Assembly: GCA_964607655.1 (NCBI GenBank)
Contig: CAZSKX010000001.1
Span: 232,939 to 296,938, forward strand
Length of the DNA stretch: 64,000 nucleotides
Direction: 5' to 3'
Source: an uncultured Candidatus Saccharibacteria bacterium
Lineage (GTDB): Bacteria > Patescibacteriota > Minisyncoccia > Phycocordibacterales > Phycocordibacteraceae
Position numbers and translations under genes: made by a program
The notes under the pieces: model-generated
What the model saw: the letters and a program-made list of their open reading frames with translations, nothing else
The model's database searches: none
What the model was told of the DNA's origin: nothing
Part shown: positions 47,923 through 57,736 of the stretch, in pieces
How positions within the stretch are numbered: the stretch's first letter is position 1
How the letters are laid out: each line of letters opens with the position of its first letter

Positions 47923-48768
47923 ATGGCCACCCAAATACTGTGCATCGTCGGCCCCACAGCCTCGGGTAAATCAGCCCGAGCGGTAGCTGAGGCGCTCGCG
48001 AGAGACGGGGAGGTGATCTCGGTCGACTCGCGGCAGGTCTACCGAGGCCTCGATATCGGCACCGAGAAGATCTCCCATGAGGAGATGCAGGGAGTGCCCC
48101 ACCATCTCATCGATATTCGCGAAGTCACCGAGCCCTACTCAGCCGCAGACTTCGCGCTTGATGCGGCCCGACTGATCGACGAGATTTCTGGGCGTGGGAA
48201 GTTCCCTGTTCTCGTAGGTGGGACGAGCTTCTACTTCGACGCGCTCTTACGACCCCTTGCGGCCGAGACTCGGCCCGACCCGCTCCTGCGCGCGCAGCTC
48301 GAAGGCCGCTCTACCGAAGATCTTTATGCAGAAGTCGAGAAGAAGGATCCGCGTAGAGCTCGAGAACTCGATCCGATGAACCGCCGCCGACTTATCCGCG
48401 CGCTCGAGATTATCGAGACCCACGGCCAGGTGCCTTTGCGTGAGAAAGTAGCTGAGGCATATGACACAGAGTGGATTATCATCGATCCCCCGCGTGAAGA
48501 GCTCCGCTCTCGCATCGACACCCGCCTAAAGAACGCGTTTGCGCGAGGGCTCGTCGAGGAAGTAAGGGGAGTCGCTCGGCGTATTACTGTCGAAGGATTA
48601 AACGAGCTCGGTCTCGAATATCGTATCGTCGGAGAATATCTCCGCGGCGAGCGGAGCGAGGACTCAATGTTCCCCGCCCTGTCAGCAAAACTCTGGCAGT
48701 ATGCTCGTCGTCAAAAGGCTTGGCTTCGCAAGCTCACCGCTGAGTACGCTATAGCGGAAGCTCAGTAG
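47923..48768 (+). CDS. miaA: tRNA dimethylallyltransferase
   Basis: P-loop IVGPTASGKS and MiaA motifs (SVDSRQVYRGLDIGT). Confidence 0.92.
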   Translation: MATQILCIVGPTASGKSARAVAEALARDGEVISVDSRQVYRGLDIGTEKISHEEMQGVPHHLIDIREVTEPYSAADFALDAARLIDEISGRGKFPVLVGGTSFYFDALLRPLAAETRPDPLLRAQLEGRSTEDLYAEVEKKDPRRARELDPMNRRRLIRALEIIETHGQVPLREKVAEAYDTEWIIIDPPREELRSRIDTRLKNAFARGLVEEVRGVARRITVEGLNELGLEYRIVGEYLRGERSEDSMFPALSAKLWQYARRQKAWLRKLTAEYAIAEAQ

Positions 48769-49357
48769 CACCAGGACAGAAGCTGAAACCGATATTTTTT
48801 GACGCGTATCGCTCGTTGATGTCTGCCGTCGTGCCAATATAGTACTTCAAACGGCAGATACTCGAATTACTGATGCCGAGGGTGTCCCTCAAAAACTGCT
48901 CTGCTAATGCACGCTCGAGCCCTAACGGCTCTTGTAGTAACGCGATGGTAAACGAATCGTATTTGGCATTGTAATAAACATTGAAATTGACGGGCGGTCC
49001 AGCCTGGCATTCTTCAGGACGAAGAACACATGACTGTAGATTTCCCGCGAGTAGGTACTGCCCAGAATTGCTCGTGTCAGAAATAGTAACCCCGTTATGT
49101 AAAAAGTCTCTGACCTCGAGGCGCTGCCCGTCCACTGTCCCCACAGATATAAAGCCCGATGGGTTTTGCTGAGTTGCTGTACCACTGGCCCCAGCACCGG
49201 GTAAACCCTGAGTCGGGTCCCGCCCACTTATTGGATCTGCTTGCTCAGCAAGATCTACATCCGCCTCCTTTGAGGCAGATAGAAGGAATGCTCCCACGAT
49301 AAGCAATATTAGCGTGAACAGAGTGGCAACGATTGTTAAAAGGGATTTGGTGCTCAT
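48749..49357 (-). CDS. hypothetical secreted/membrane-anchored protein
   Basis: 202 aa. N-terminal TM/signal anchor. No motif. Confidence 0.4.
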   Translation of the reverse strand: MSTKSLLTIVATLFTLILLIVGAFLLSASKEADVDLAEQADPISGRDPTQGLPGAGASGTATQQNPSGFISVGTVDGQRLEVRDFLHNGVTISDTSNSGQYLLAGNLQSCVLRPEECQAGPPVNFNVYYNAKYDSFTIALLQEPLGLERALAEQFLRDTLGISNSSICRLKYYIGTTADINERYASKNIGFSFCPGATELPL

Positions 49358-49362
49358 AAGCG

Positions 49363-50376
49363 CTAGTCGGTATAATAGTTGCTAATACAGGTTTCCTGCA
49401 CGTTACTTTTCGGATCAGCCGTCCAATTGTTGAAGCCCCTTACCCCGCCGCCACTCTGTTGATATAGGCTATATGCGGCAGTGAAATTGCACTCCAGGTT
49501 TGATGCCGCGGTGACGCACGCTTGAAGAATGGCAGCATCTCCCCCCTCAAGAAATCCGTTTGGGCCGAAACCTTTATGACACCGCAGTGGGCCAGAAACT
49601 CCCGCTGCGTCATAGCATTTCTGGTTTTCATAGTGACTAGAGTTTGTAGAAAGCAACACTTGAAATGCTCCGTATGCGGACGAAGCCTTTCCCTTCCCAC
49701 AGTCCTTATTCCAACAATAATTCTGCAAGCGTGAGCCGCAAGTGCTTTCCGGTTGTGCGAGACAGGCGAAGACATTCGCTTCTGCGTCTGTGAGACCAGA
49801 AACAATACCTTTTAGAACGTTTGGGTCACATGCTCCCGTCCCTGAGGGGGGCGGGTAGTCAATGTCTGGGCCCGGTCTAACACCAGTTGTGCCAATGTTT
49901 AGATCTGCTTGATCCAAACTCGCCTTCAGCGGTATGCAGTCATGTGCGCCGGTCATTGTGATCAGGTTATACCAGTTTGCTGGGAAGCCTTGCTCTGGAT
50001 CAGGGTTGTATAGGACTGCCATAAGCGCGTTGACGATGAGCCATGCTGAGAGCGCAACGACTATGCCGACCACGGTCGAGAGCAGCATGCTCTTCGCTTT
50101 GGTACGAGCACCAGGGTTCCCTCCACTGGTGACGAGGAGAGCGCCTGCCCACGTGATCATGATGGGTGCGACTATAGCAATAGCCACCGTCACAGAGAAC
50201 TGAATGATGCGGTTGATGACTTCGACGGCGAAGCCCCAGCCCGCTGCGCAAAGAGGATCGTTTGCTGAGGGAGGGATGATGGGTCCCCAGAATGGGAGGG
50301 AGGCGTGGGTGACCAAAGGCGCAAAAAGGAGGACCGTGACTAGCGGTCCGGCAACCTTCAGAAAGCGAACACTCAT
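49363..50376 (-). CDS. Cys-rich membrane protein: N-terminal TM hairpin (VirB2/TrbC-pilin-like) plus a possible lytic-transglycosylase-like C-terminal domain
   Basis: Signal/TM followed by a second TM helix. The C-terminal AQPES...SSAYGAFQVL loosely fits the SLT E-S...GLMQ motif. About 16 Cys in the C-terminal half. Confidence 0.3.
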   Translation of the reverse strand: MSVRFLKVAGPLVTVLLFAPLVTHASLPFWGPIIPPSANDPLCAAGWGFAVEVINRIIQFSVTVAIAIVAPIMITWAGALLVTSGGNPGARTKAKSMLLSTVVGIVVALSAWLIVNALMAVLYNPDPEQGFPANWYNLITMTGAHDCIPLKASLDQADLNIGTTGVRPGPDIDYPPPSGTGACDPNVLKGIVSGLTDAEANVFACLAQPESTCGSRLQNYCWNKDCGKGKASSAYGAFQVLLSTNSSHYENQKCYDAAGVSGPLRCHKGFGPNGFLEGGDAAILQACVTAASNLECNFTAAYSLYQQSGGGVRGFNNWTADPKSNVQETCISNYYTD

Positions 50377-50581
50377 TCCCTTAGGATACTACGCAGGAGC
50401 AGTGCCTGAAGGAACTTTCCCCACTGCTTCGCCAAGGCTTCGCAGTGCAGGCACCGTGTCGCCTTTTCTCTCACATTTGCTATATTTTATTTGATAGGGC
50501 CTATATCGATTACTTGCACGATATAGACCCTCGTTCGGCGAGAAAGACTGATTGAGGACACTCATCATTCTGCCTCACTTC

Positions 50582-50652
50582 GGGCCTATAGTTTAGTGGT
50601 AAAACAGCGGTCTCCAAAACCGCCGTCCCAGGTTCGAGTCCTGGTGGGCCCG
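50582..50652 (+). tRNA. tRNA-Trp (anticodon CCA)
   Basis: GGGCCTATAGTTTAGTGGTAAAACAGCGGTCTCCAAAACCGCCGTCCCAGGTTCGAGTCCTGGTGGGCCCG folds as a cloverleaf. Anticodon loop CTCCAAA. Confidence 0.9.
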
Positions 50653-50753
50653 CTTGACATGTATTTTATAATGTGCTAACATATTTTTGGAAAAGAATTC
50701 TAGTTTCTTGACGTAACCGTACTGATCAACTCAACCAAAGAAAGAGGTGCCCG

Positions 50754-51797
50754 ATGTCAAAGTCTCTCGAAGATATGATCGCCGACGGAACGTTACCGAT
50801 CTTCCCGACAACCTATGCGCAGCGAGTCGTCGACCACGCTGCACACAAGGCAGGCCGTGGAAGTGGCCGCAACCCGTCCATGCCGTTTCTCGAAGAACGC
50901 AACCCGCGCAAGGCGCTCGGGCTGGCGGAAGCCATCCTCGAGTCCCCTGACGGGCTGATCAGGGAGCGCCTGCTCAATCTGAGACAGCACCTCCCTGGTC
51001 AACAGCAGGCAATCTACGACTTCGCTGCACACATGGCCAACTACACCAACGCGGAACTCGTTCCGCAGGGGTTTGCGATGGCCGCGGCGCTCGCGCTCTA
51101 CGACCTGCAGGAGGGCTCGAACGGATTCACCGGCAAGCCCATCACGGGCTCGCTCGTGGGACAGCCTGCTCTGGTGTACCGGCTCATCGAGATGATGGTT
51201 CCGAACATCGCCAAGGCGATCTTCCCTGCTGAGTTTGCGGGCGGGGTCAAGGAGATGGTCGACGGGGTCCACACCATCCGGCGTGAACGTGCGGAGGCTG
51301 TAAAAGCCGCCGCTCCCAAGCCGACCATCGCCGGCGATCCATTCGTGACCTACGAGGCCATGCGCAAAGTCGCCGATCTGGTGTACACCTTCTACGACAG
51401 CAACGCGGGGAGCCGCTCTGGCAAACCGTGGTGCGAAGACCGGCGAAACCAGGGGGTCAACCCCTTCTACCATCAGACCACCGGCGGCCTGTTCCTCGAA
51501 CAGTACTACAGTGGTCCCGGCAGCATCTGGACGCCCTGGGGCGAATGGAACTGCTGGGGTAGCGGCACGGGGAGCGAAGAAGCGATGCCGAACTTCCTGG
51601 CTTCGATCGGACAGATCGAAGTCTATCAGGAGGTGCGGCACACACGTGAGGGGACCTTCGGTCCGATCTACGCGATCCTGAAAGTTGGTGACGTCGAGTT
51701 GCCGAGGCCCGAGCCGCGAGAACCTGCGTCGTACGTCGCGTACGAGGAGGCGAATCGTCTCTGGGACGAGATGACAGAACGGTTCGAAAGCAAGTAA
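50754..51797 (+). CDS. hypothetical protein (347 aa)
   Basis: GAGGTG SD before the ATG, and its own terminator at 51833-51882. The antisense 346-aa ORF is an artefact. No recognisable motif. Confidence 0.5.
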   Translation: MSKSLEDMIADGTLPIFPTTYAQRVVDHAAHKAGRGSGRNPSMPFLEERNPRKALGLAEAILESPDGLIRERLLNLRQHLPGQQQAIYDFAAHMANYTNAELVPQGFAMAAALALYDLQEGSNGFTGKPITGSLVGQPALVYRLIEMMVPNIAKAIFPAEFAGGVKEMVDGVHTIRRERAEAVKAAAPKPTIAGDPFVTYEAMRKVADLVYTFYDSNAGSRSGKPWCEDRRNQGVNPFYHQTTGGLFLEQYYSGPGSIWTPWGEWNCWGSGTGSEEAMPNFLASIGQIEVYQEVRHTREGTFGPIYAILKVGDVELPRPEPREPASYVAYEEANRLWDEMTERFESK

Positions 51798-51832
51798 GAC
51801 GTTGACGAACACTGACCGTCGCTCTGTGAGCA

Positions 51833-51882
51833 CGCCGCCCTGCGGATGTGTTCCTCAGGGCGGCGGTCTCTCTTTTTATATT
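51833..51882 (+). terminator. rho-independent terminator
   Basis: Hairpin CGCCGCCCTG...CAGGGCGGCG followed by TCTCTCTTTTTATATTT. Confidence 0.7.
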
Positions 51883-52076
51883 TAAACCAAACTCACCAGC
51901 TCTCCGATCTGCCGCTTCATGGACTCAGGATCAAGGACCGCACCAGCCCAGTCAAAGGTACGGAACGCAGACTGCCATGCCGCATATTGACATTTAATTC
52001 TTAGCGTGTCATATAATAATTTGAAGCTCTTCACAAACAAGTGAGGACCAAACTCTGTTCGGAGGTAAAAGAAACC

Positions 52077-52541
52077 ATGACAAACCGTCTGACGAAAGGA
52101 ATGTACGGCCATGAGTTCGGGAGCACCAGCGACCTGTTCGGGATCCGCTGCGGCCAGATGCGCGGCGGAGAGCTCGTCCACAACGGCGGGTGGTACAACC
52201 GGCTGGGCGAGAAGCTTGGCTGGGGTGACCTCTCCATCGAGGACATGCAGCGCATCGCGAGCCAGCTCGAAGAGGGCGAGCTCTTCATCATCCTCGGCGA
52301 GCGGGACTCCTACTGGGATATCCATGAGGAGAAGGGTGACCAGAAGAAGGACGAACACGCGCCGGGCGTCGAGTACGTGACGAAGAAATGCCGCTACATC
52401 ATCGCTCCCAAGCAGCTCTACGCTGCCGACGAGTTCGGAAACGTCACGGAACCCGTGAAGCGCCAGCTGGACGGGATGGAGTTCACCTGGTTGCCTCGCG
52501 AGATGGTCAACCGGCTGATTGCCACCGGGTCCATCAACTGA
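52077..52541 (+). CDS. hypothetical protein (154 aa from an SD-supported start)
   Basis: GGAGGT lies 10 nt upstream of the ATG at 52077. Followed by the terminator at 52550-52605. Confidence 0.45.
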   Translation: MTNRLTKGMYGHEFGSTSDLFGIRCGQMRGGELVHNGGWYNRLGEKLGWGDLSIEDMQRIASQLEEGELFIILGERDSYWDIHEEKGDQKKDEHAPGVEYVTKKCRYIIAPKQLYAADEFGNVTEPVKRQLDGMEFTWLPREMVNRLIATGSIN

Positions 52542-52549
52542 CCAACGAG

Positions 52550-52605
52550 CCGTCACGGCGGGACAGCGAGAGAGCTGTCACTGCGGTGACGGCTCTCTTT
52601 TTATA
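52550..52605 (+). terminator. rho-independent terminator
   Basis: The long hairpin CCGTCACGGCGGGACAGCGAGAGAGCTGTCACTGCGGTGACGG is followed by CTCTCTTTTTATA. Confidence 0.7.
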
Positions 52606-52663
52606 CAAGTGTGTGTGCATTGCCTGCATACGCTCTACTCATAGGTGATAAAATTTAAGTGCT

Positions 52664-53032
52664 ATGGCACTGCTAAAAAACCGGCATACTGAACACCGGC
52701 CGTGGGGATCATTTGATCAATTCGCCTTAAATGAGGCGTCGACTGTGAAGGTCATAGCCGTTGAGCCTAATCAGCGTCTCTCTCTTCAGACACACACCAA
52801 ACGTGCTGAATTTTGGTACATCCTTCAGGGACAAGGAGAGGTCACGGTTGGCGAGACCGTGCATGCCGCTAAGGCCGGAGACGAGTTCGAGATTCCTGTG
52901 GGGACAGCGCACCGGGCTGCTAGCGGCGCTGAGGGATTAACGTTTCTTGAGGTATCGCTCGGAGAGTTTGATGAGCACGACGAGGTACGACTTGAAGACG
53001 CTTACGGCCGCACCTCGCCCACCAGCCAATAA
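52664..53032 (+). CDS. cupin-domain protein (mannose-6-phosphate isomerase type II C-terminal-like)
   Basis: HRPWGSFDQF...LSLQTHTKRAEFWYILQGQGEV...GDEFEIPVGTAHR cupin_2 pattern. Confidence 0.75.
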   Translation: MALLKNRHTEHRPWGSFDQFALNEASTVKVIAVEPNQRLSLQTHTKRAEFWYILQGQGEVTVGETVHAAKAGDEFEIPVGTAHRAASGAEGLTFLEVSLGEFDEHDEVRLEDAYGRTSPTSQ

Positions 53033-54192
53033 TGACCTACGACCCACTTGGTATTTGGGTGGGCATTCTTGTATTCACGACCATCTTTGTGCTGGGGTGC
53101 ATGTTCTTCGGCACCTTCTTTACGAAGAGGCGGTCGCTAAAAAAGACTGTTAAGGAAACGTCTCTTGCCCTTCAGCGATCTGAGAAAAATCCCCTCCTTA
53201 CACCAAACCAGAATCACTGGCAGGCCGAGGCGGTCTTTAACCCTGCAGCCACGGTTATCGACGGAAAGACCTACCTACTCTACCGGTCGGTAGGCGCCGA
53301 TGGCGTCTCGCGCCTAGGGTATGCCGTGTCAGACGACGGTGTCCACTTCAACGACCGCGTCCCGTATCCGGCCTACGTTTCTGGAGATCCGCGGCGCGCG
53401 CTTCGTCGTCCAAAGAAATACAGCCCCACGCTCTACCCTTCTGGCGGTAGCTGGGGAGGCTGTGAGGACCCGCGGATGGTCGAGATCGATGGAGATATCC
53501 ATGTCACGTTAAACATGTTCGATGGGTGGGACTTTATCCGCGTCGCCGCTCTGTCTATCCCTAAGGAAGACTTCCTCGCTAAACGCTTTGACGGATGGAG
53601 CACCCCGACACTCCTCTCTAAGCCTGGTGAGCGCCACAAAAACTGGGTGCTCTTCCCAGAGAAAGTTAATGGAAAATTTGCTATTTTACACAGCATTTCT
53701 CCGCGTATCGAGATCGAGTATCGTGACTCGGTAGAAGACATCGGCACGACCGAGCCGTTTATAGAGAGCTGGGAGGGGGCTCGCTCGGGCATCGCGGTAC
53801 GCGAGGGATACTGGGATAATTACGTCCGCAGCGCCGGCCCCCCGCCTCTGCGCACCGACGCGGGTTGGCTGCTCTTTTACCACGCACACAACAAGGAGGA
53901 GACCAATCGCTACAAGCTCGGCGCAATGCTCCTCGACCTTGAAGATCCAACAAAGGTTCTCTATAGGTCGGCACAGCCTATCCTCGAACCAAACTGCCGC
54001 TACGAGAACGACGGCAAGCCTGGGGTCGTGTACGCCTGCGGCTCCACCGTTAAAGATGGCATACTCCACGTCTACTATGGCGGAGCCGACAAGGTGATCT
54101 GCGTTGCTACAGCTCCTCTCACCGCTTTTCTTACCGCGCTCACGAAGAATGAGCACGCTATACTAGAGGAACAACCATCATCCAGCCGTTAA
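53032..54192 (+). CDS. membrane-anchored GH130-family glycoside hydrolase/phosphorylase (beta-mannoside phosphorylase-like)
   Basis: N-terminal TM helix. FNPAATVIDGKTYLLYRSVG, GCEDPRMV and YKLGAMLLDLEDP motifs, typical of GH130/DUF377. Confidence 0.75.
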   Translation: MTYDPLGIWVGILVFTTIFVLGCMFFGTFFTKRRSLKKTVKETSLALQRSEKNPLLTPNQNHWQAEAVFNPAATVIDGKTYLLYRSVGADGVSRLGYAVSDDGVHFNDRVPYPAYVSGDPRRALRRPKKYSPTLYPSGGSWGGCEDPRMVEIDGDIHVTLNMFDGWDFIRVAALSIPKEDFLAKRFDGWSTPTLLSKPGERHKNWVLFPEKVNGKFAILHSISPRIEIEYRDSVEDIGTTEPFIESWEGARSGIAVREGYWDNYVRSAGPPPLRTDAGWLLFYHAHNKEETNRYKLGAMLLDLEDPTKVLYRSAQPILEPNCRYENDGKPGVVYACGSTVKDGILHVYYGGADKVICVATAPLTAFLTALTKNEHAILEEQPSSSR

Positions 54193-54194
54193 CC

Positions 54195-56108
54195 ATGTTT
54201 ACCGTCCGACGTGAAGAAGAAAACCCCGTGCTCTCACCCAAGGCCGATCATCCTTGGGAAATGCAGGCGACCTTCAACCCCTCAGCCGTGCAGACTGACG
54301 AGGGCGTCCGTATCTTTTATCGAGCTATCGGTGCGCCGGACATACTCGTCTCGCCCAATCTCGGTCTCTCTTCAGTCGGCACCGCCGTCTCAGAAGACGG
54401 AATCCACTTTACCGATCGGACACAGGTGATCGCTCCTAAGGAATCTTGGGACGCATACGGCTGTGAAGACCCTCGCGTCACCTTCTTCGAAGGGCGGTGG
54501 TACTGCTTCTACACTGCGCTCGGAGGCTACCCGTTTGGCCCCGAGAATATTAAAGTCGCGGTAGCTATCGGCGACTCTCCCACTGCCTTCACCGAGCGTC
54601 ATCTCATCACCCCTTTTAACGCGAAGGCGGCGACACTATTTCCAGAGCGAATCAACGGCGAGGTCGTCCTCCTCTTGACCGCTCATACTGACTGGACACC
54701 GGACCACCCTCGCCCCACGATCGCGATCGCGCGCGCTAAGAATGTGAGCGATTTCTTTGATCCTGCGTACTGGGAACAGTGGCATCACGACCTTCCAGCA
54801 CACGCGCTAGGAGAACTCCGTCGACTCGATGATGACCATATCGAAGTGGGCGCAACACCCCTGAAGACACCTCACGGCTGGCTCCTGGTCTACTCATATA
54901 TCCAAAATTATTACGATGAACACCATCGCCTTTTTGGTATCGAAGCCGCATTTCTCGATGCAGAGGACCCTCGCCGCGTTATCTCGCGCACCTACCCCTG
55001 TATGGTGCCCGAGACCGTCTATGAGATCTACGGCATGATCCCGAAGATCATCTTCCCCACAGGGGCAACCCTCAAAAACGACACGCTCAGCATCTGGTAT
55101 GGCGGCGCCGACACCGTCTGTGCACGAGCTGATATACGCTGGTCGGATATTCTACGCGCTCTCGATCCTTCTGGGCCGGCACGGACGTTTATCCGCGCTG
55201 CAGAGAATCCCATCCTGACCCCCCGAGGCGACGGCTTTGAAAGCCAAGCCGTCTTTAACGCCGCCGCCATTGATATCGAGGGGACCATATATATCCTCTA
55301 CCGTGCGATGGATGCATATAACACCTCGACCTTTGGTCTCGCGCTCTCTAAGGACGGGATCCACATCGACGAGCGCCTGGATGCGCCCGTATATGTGCCC
55401 CGTGCCGAGTTTGAGCAGAAGCGCAGTTCGCCCACTGGTAATTCGGGCTGTGAGGACCCTCGTCTCTCCCGCATCGGCGACCGACTCTACGTCGCCTACA
55501 CTGCGTACGACGGCATGCACGCACCGCGAGGCGCCGTAAGCTCAATCAGTATCGAGGACTTCCTCGCGCGACGGTTTGACGCATGGAGCGAGCCCGTCCT
55601 GATAACCCCAGATGCTGTGGACGATAAGGACATCGGCCTCTTGAGTGAGCCGGTACACGACGGCTATGTGCTGTATCACCGCGTCTCGGGCCAGATCTGC
55701 GCCGACGTTATCCCTGACCTCGCCTTCGCGAAGCGGGTTTCGCGCTGCATCGAAATCATGGGCCCCCGAGAAGGCATGTGGGACGGCGCTAAGATCGGCA
55801 TCGCTGGCCCACCGATCAAGATCCCGGGTGGCTGGCTCCTCATCTACCACGGCGTCTCCTCGCGCGCGCACTATCGTCTCGGCGCGGCACTCCTCGACGA
55901 AACGGGCCTCGTCGTAAAGGCCCGCACGGCAGACGAGATTTTTCAGGCAGTTGAGGGCTACGAGCGTGAAGGCATCGTCCCGAACGTGGTATTCTCCTGT
56001 GGCGCTGTCGTGCGCGATGACACAGTCTTCCTCTACTACGGTGGCGCTGACCGCGTGCTTGGAGTCGCCACCGCTTCACTCTCGCACATCATCAAAGCGC
56101 TCTCATGA
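54195..56108 (+). CDS. tandem double GH130-domain protein
   Basis: Two successive GH130-like units (FNPSAVQTDEGVRIFYRAIG...GCEDPRVT and FNAAAIDIEGTIYILYRAMD...GCEDPRLS). 637 aa. Confidence 0.75.
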   Translation: MFTVRREEENPVLSPKADHPWEMQATFNPSAVQTDEGVRIFYRAIGAPDILVSPNLGLSSVGTAVSEDGIHFTDRTQVIAPKESWDAYGCEDPRVTFFEGRWYCFYTALGGYPFGPENIKVAVAIGDSPTAFTERHLITPFNAKAATLFPERINGEVVLLLTAHTDWTPDHPRPTIAIARAKNVSDFFDPAYWEQWHHDLPAHALGELRRLDDDHIEVGATPLKTPHGWLLVYSYIQNYYDEHHRLFGIEAAFLDAEDPRRVISRTYPCMVPETVYEIYGMIPKIIFPTGATLKNDTLSIWYGGADTVCARADIRWSDILRALDPSGPARTFIRAAENPILTPRGDGFESQAVFNAAAIDIEGTIYILYRAMDAYNTSTFGLALSKDGIHIDERLDAPVYVPRAEFEQKRSSPTGNSGCEDPRLSRIGDRLYVAYTAYDGMHAPRGAVSSISIEDFLARRFDAWSEPVLITPDAVDDKDIGLLSEPVHDGYVLYHRVSGQICADVIPDLAFAKRVSRCIEIMGPREGMWDGAKIGIAGPPIKIPGGWLLIYHGVSSRAHYRLGAALLDETGLVVKARTADEIFQAVEGYEREGIVPNVVFSCGAVVRDDTVFLYYGGADRVLGVATASLSHIIKALS

Positions 56109-56860
56109 CCCCACGCCTCGTTATCTTTGACGTCGACAAGACGCTTAATCGTAGCAAGCAGCCGCTCGAGGCTCCTATGGCTGACTTGATGAGAACACTT
56201 CTCGGCACAACCCGCGTCGCGATAATCTCAGGCGGCCTTTTTGAAGAACTTAAACGTATCGTTGTGGCGCAGCTACCAGAGCACTCTCAGATAGAACACC
56301 TGTTTATCCTCCCGACCTCTGGTGGTGCGCTCTATGTCTACAAGAATGGTTTCTGGCAGCGTATCTATGCTGAGATGCTCTCAGAGCACGAGTCACTCAT
56401 AATCGTCGAAGCACTAAAGGCGGTCTGCACAGAGACTGGCCTCGTGGACCTTAAGGCTCCAAGCTATGGTGAACGCATCGAGTACCGCGGCTCACAGGTC
56501 ACCCTCTCAGCCCTCGGCCAAAAGGCTCCTGTCGATGAAAAAGAGGCCTGGGACCCAAATGGAGAAAAGAAGCACGCGCTGCGCGACGCCGTGGCAGCCA
56601 AGCTTCCCGCCTATGACGTAAAGATTGGCGGCTCCACCTCGATCGACGTGACAAAGCACGGGATCAACAAGGCCTATGGGGTGCGTCGTCTGTCGGAGTA
56701 TCTTAAGATCCCTATCAGCGATATGCTCTATGTGGGCGACGCGCTCTACCCAGGCGGCAACGATGAGATCGTTAAGGAGACCGGTATACAGACCCGGCAA
56801 GTCGCAGGGCCGGAAGAAACTCTAGAGGTAATCCAGAGCCTGCTCACAACAATCTCATAA
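56105..56860 (+). CDS. HAD-superfamily hydrolase, subfamily IIB (phosphomannomutase/sugar-phosphatase-like)
   Basis: Motif I FDVDKTL, a cap region and a C-terminal GDALYPGGNDE motif. 4-nt overlap with the upstream GH130 gene. Confidence 0.7.
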   Translation: MTPRLVIFDVDKTLNRSKQPLEAPMADLMRTLLGTTRVAIISGGLFEELKRIVVAQLPEHSQIEHLFILPTSGGALYVYKNGFWQRIYAEMLSEHESLIIVEALKAVCTETGLVDLKAPSYGERIEYRGSQVTLSALGQKAPVDEKEAWDPNGEKKHALRDAVAAKLPAYDVKIGGSTSIDVTKHGINKAYGVRRLSEYLKIPISDMLYVGDALYPGGNDEIVKETGIQTRQVAGPEETLEVIQSLLTTIS

Positions 56861-56962
56861 GCCATTAACGCATTGACACGTAGTCCTATTTCGATGTATA
56901 AATACGATTGGGTGAATCTGCTCCTTGACAGGAGTATTCGTTATTAAAAAGGAGGCCAGTAA

Positions 56963-57736
56963 ATGGCAGACCAGCTAGAGAAAGGATCGACGATCGAGTG
57001 CTTCCGGCACTACGCGACGCACGTGCTCCCCCCCAAGGGGGCGCGCAATTCGTCTACGGCAAAAGAGCCGATGGCACGGTTCATCGGAGTGGCGCCAGAT
57101 GCCATTACCGGATGGCTCCATCGTGACACAGAACCCGTCGGCGCATCGCTTCTGAAGCTGCGCTTCTTCCTCGACGCCGTCGGCTACGAGGTCACGGAGC
57201 TCAGGGTGATGCAAGGGACGGTGAATTACATGCTCGCAGAGATGCTGGCATATGACGTCGTCACGACGCAAGAAGCCCTCGAGCTCTTCGGCTTCTCGAG
57301 GCCCAAGACGATCTACCACCTTGCCTTCGGCAAGGGCGGTACGAGCGAAGGCCCCGCTTCGAAGATCGAGAACCACTACTGGAAGTCGGCTGACGCGCTC
57401 ACGCAGGCGAAGAACGCTCTGCGCGAACAGCTCGGTCGGCCTCTCGAAGAAGCTCTGCTGCCGGCCGAAGTGCCAGCAGCAACGACGACACGGAGAGAAC
57501 CCTCTCCGCCGAAAACTGTTGCTTCGGGCGAGGAAGACTCCTTGCTCGAATTGATCGCCAACCTCGTCAACACGCTCACTCCACACCTGGAGCGCATCGT
57601 GGGGACCAATCGTGGCCAGCGCGACCGTCTGCGCAAGCTCGTCGGTGGCGATGGAATGTTCAGACTTTCCATCGCCTCGAGTAAGCTCTGCAGCGAGAAA
57701 GCGCGCGAGGTCATGCAACAAGGTACGGAGGGATGA
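56963..57736 (+). CDS. hypothetical protein with a putative N-terminal XRE-like HTH
   Basis: AGGAGG SD. The segment FIGVAPDAITGWLHRDTEPVGASLLKLRFFLDAVGY resembles an XRE-type HTH. 4-nt overlap (ATGA) with the downstream GHKL ATPase gene. Confidence 0.45.
   Translation: MADQLEKGSTIECFRHYATHVLPPKGARNSSTAKEPMARFIGVAPDAITGWLHRDTEPVGASLLKLRFFLDAVGYEVTELRVMQGTVNYMLAEMLAYDVVTTQEALELFGFSRPKTIYHLAFGKGGTSEGPASKIENHYWKSADALTQAKNALREQLGRPLEEALLPAEVPAATTTRREPSPPKTVASGEEDSLLELIANLVNTLTPHLERIVGTNRGQRDRLRKLVGGDGMFRLSIASSKLCSEKAREVMQQGTEG

Noticed and set aside
47897-47957. N-terminal 20-23 aa of the peroxiredoxin track ORF (MGPTMHSIWVAIYDLVYYPS…) overlapping divergent miaA
   Set aside because: No SD, and it would overlap the miaA start. 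The SD-supported start at 47888 is preferred.
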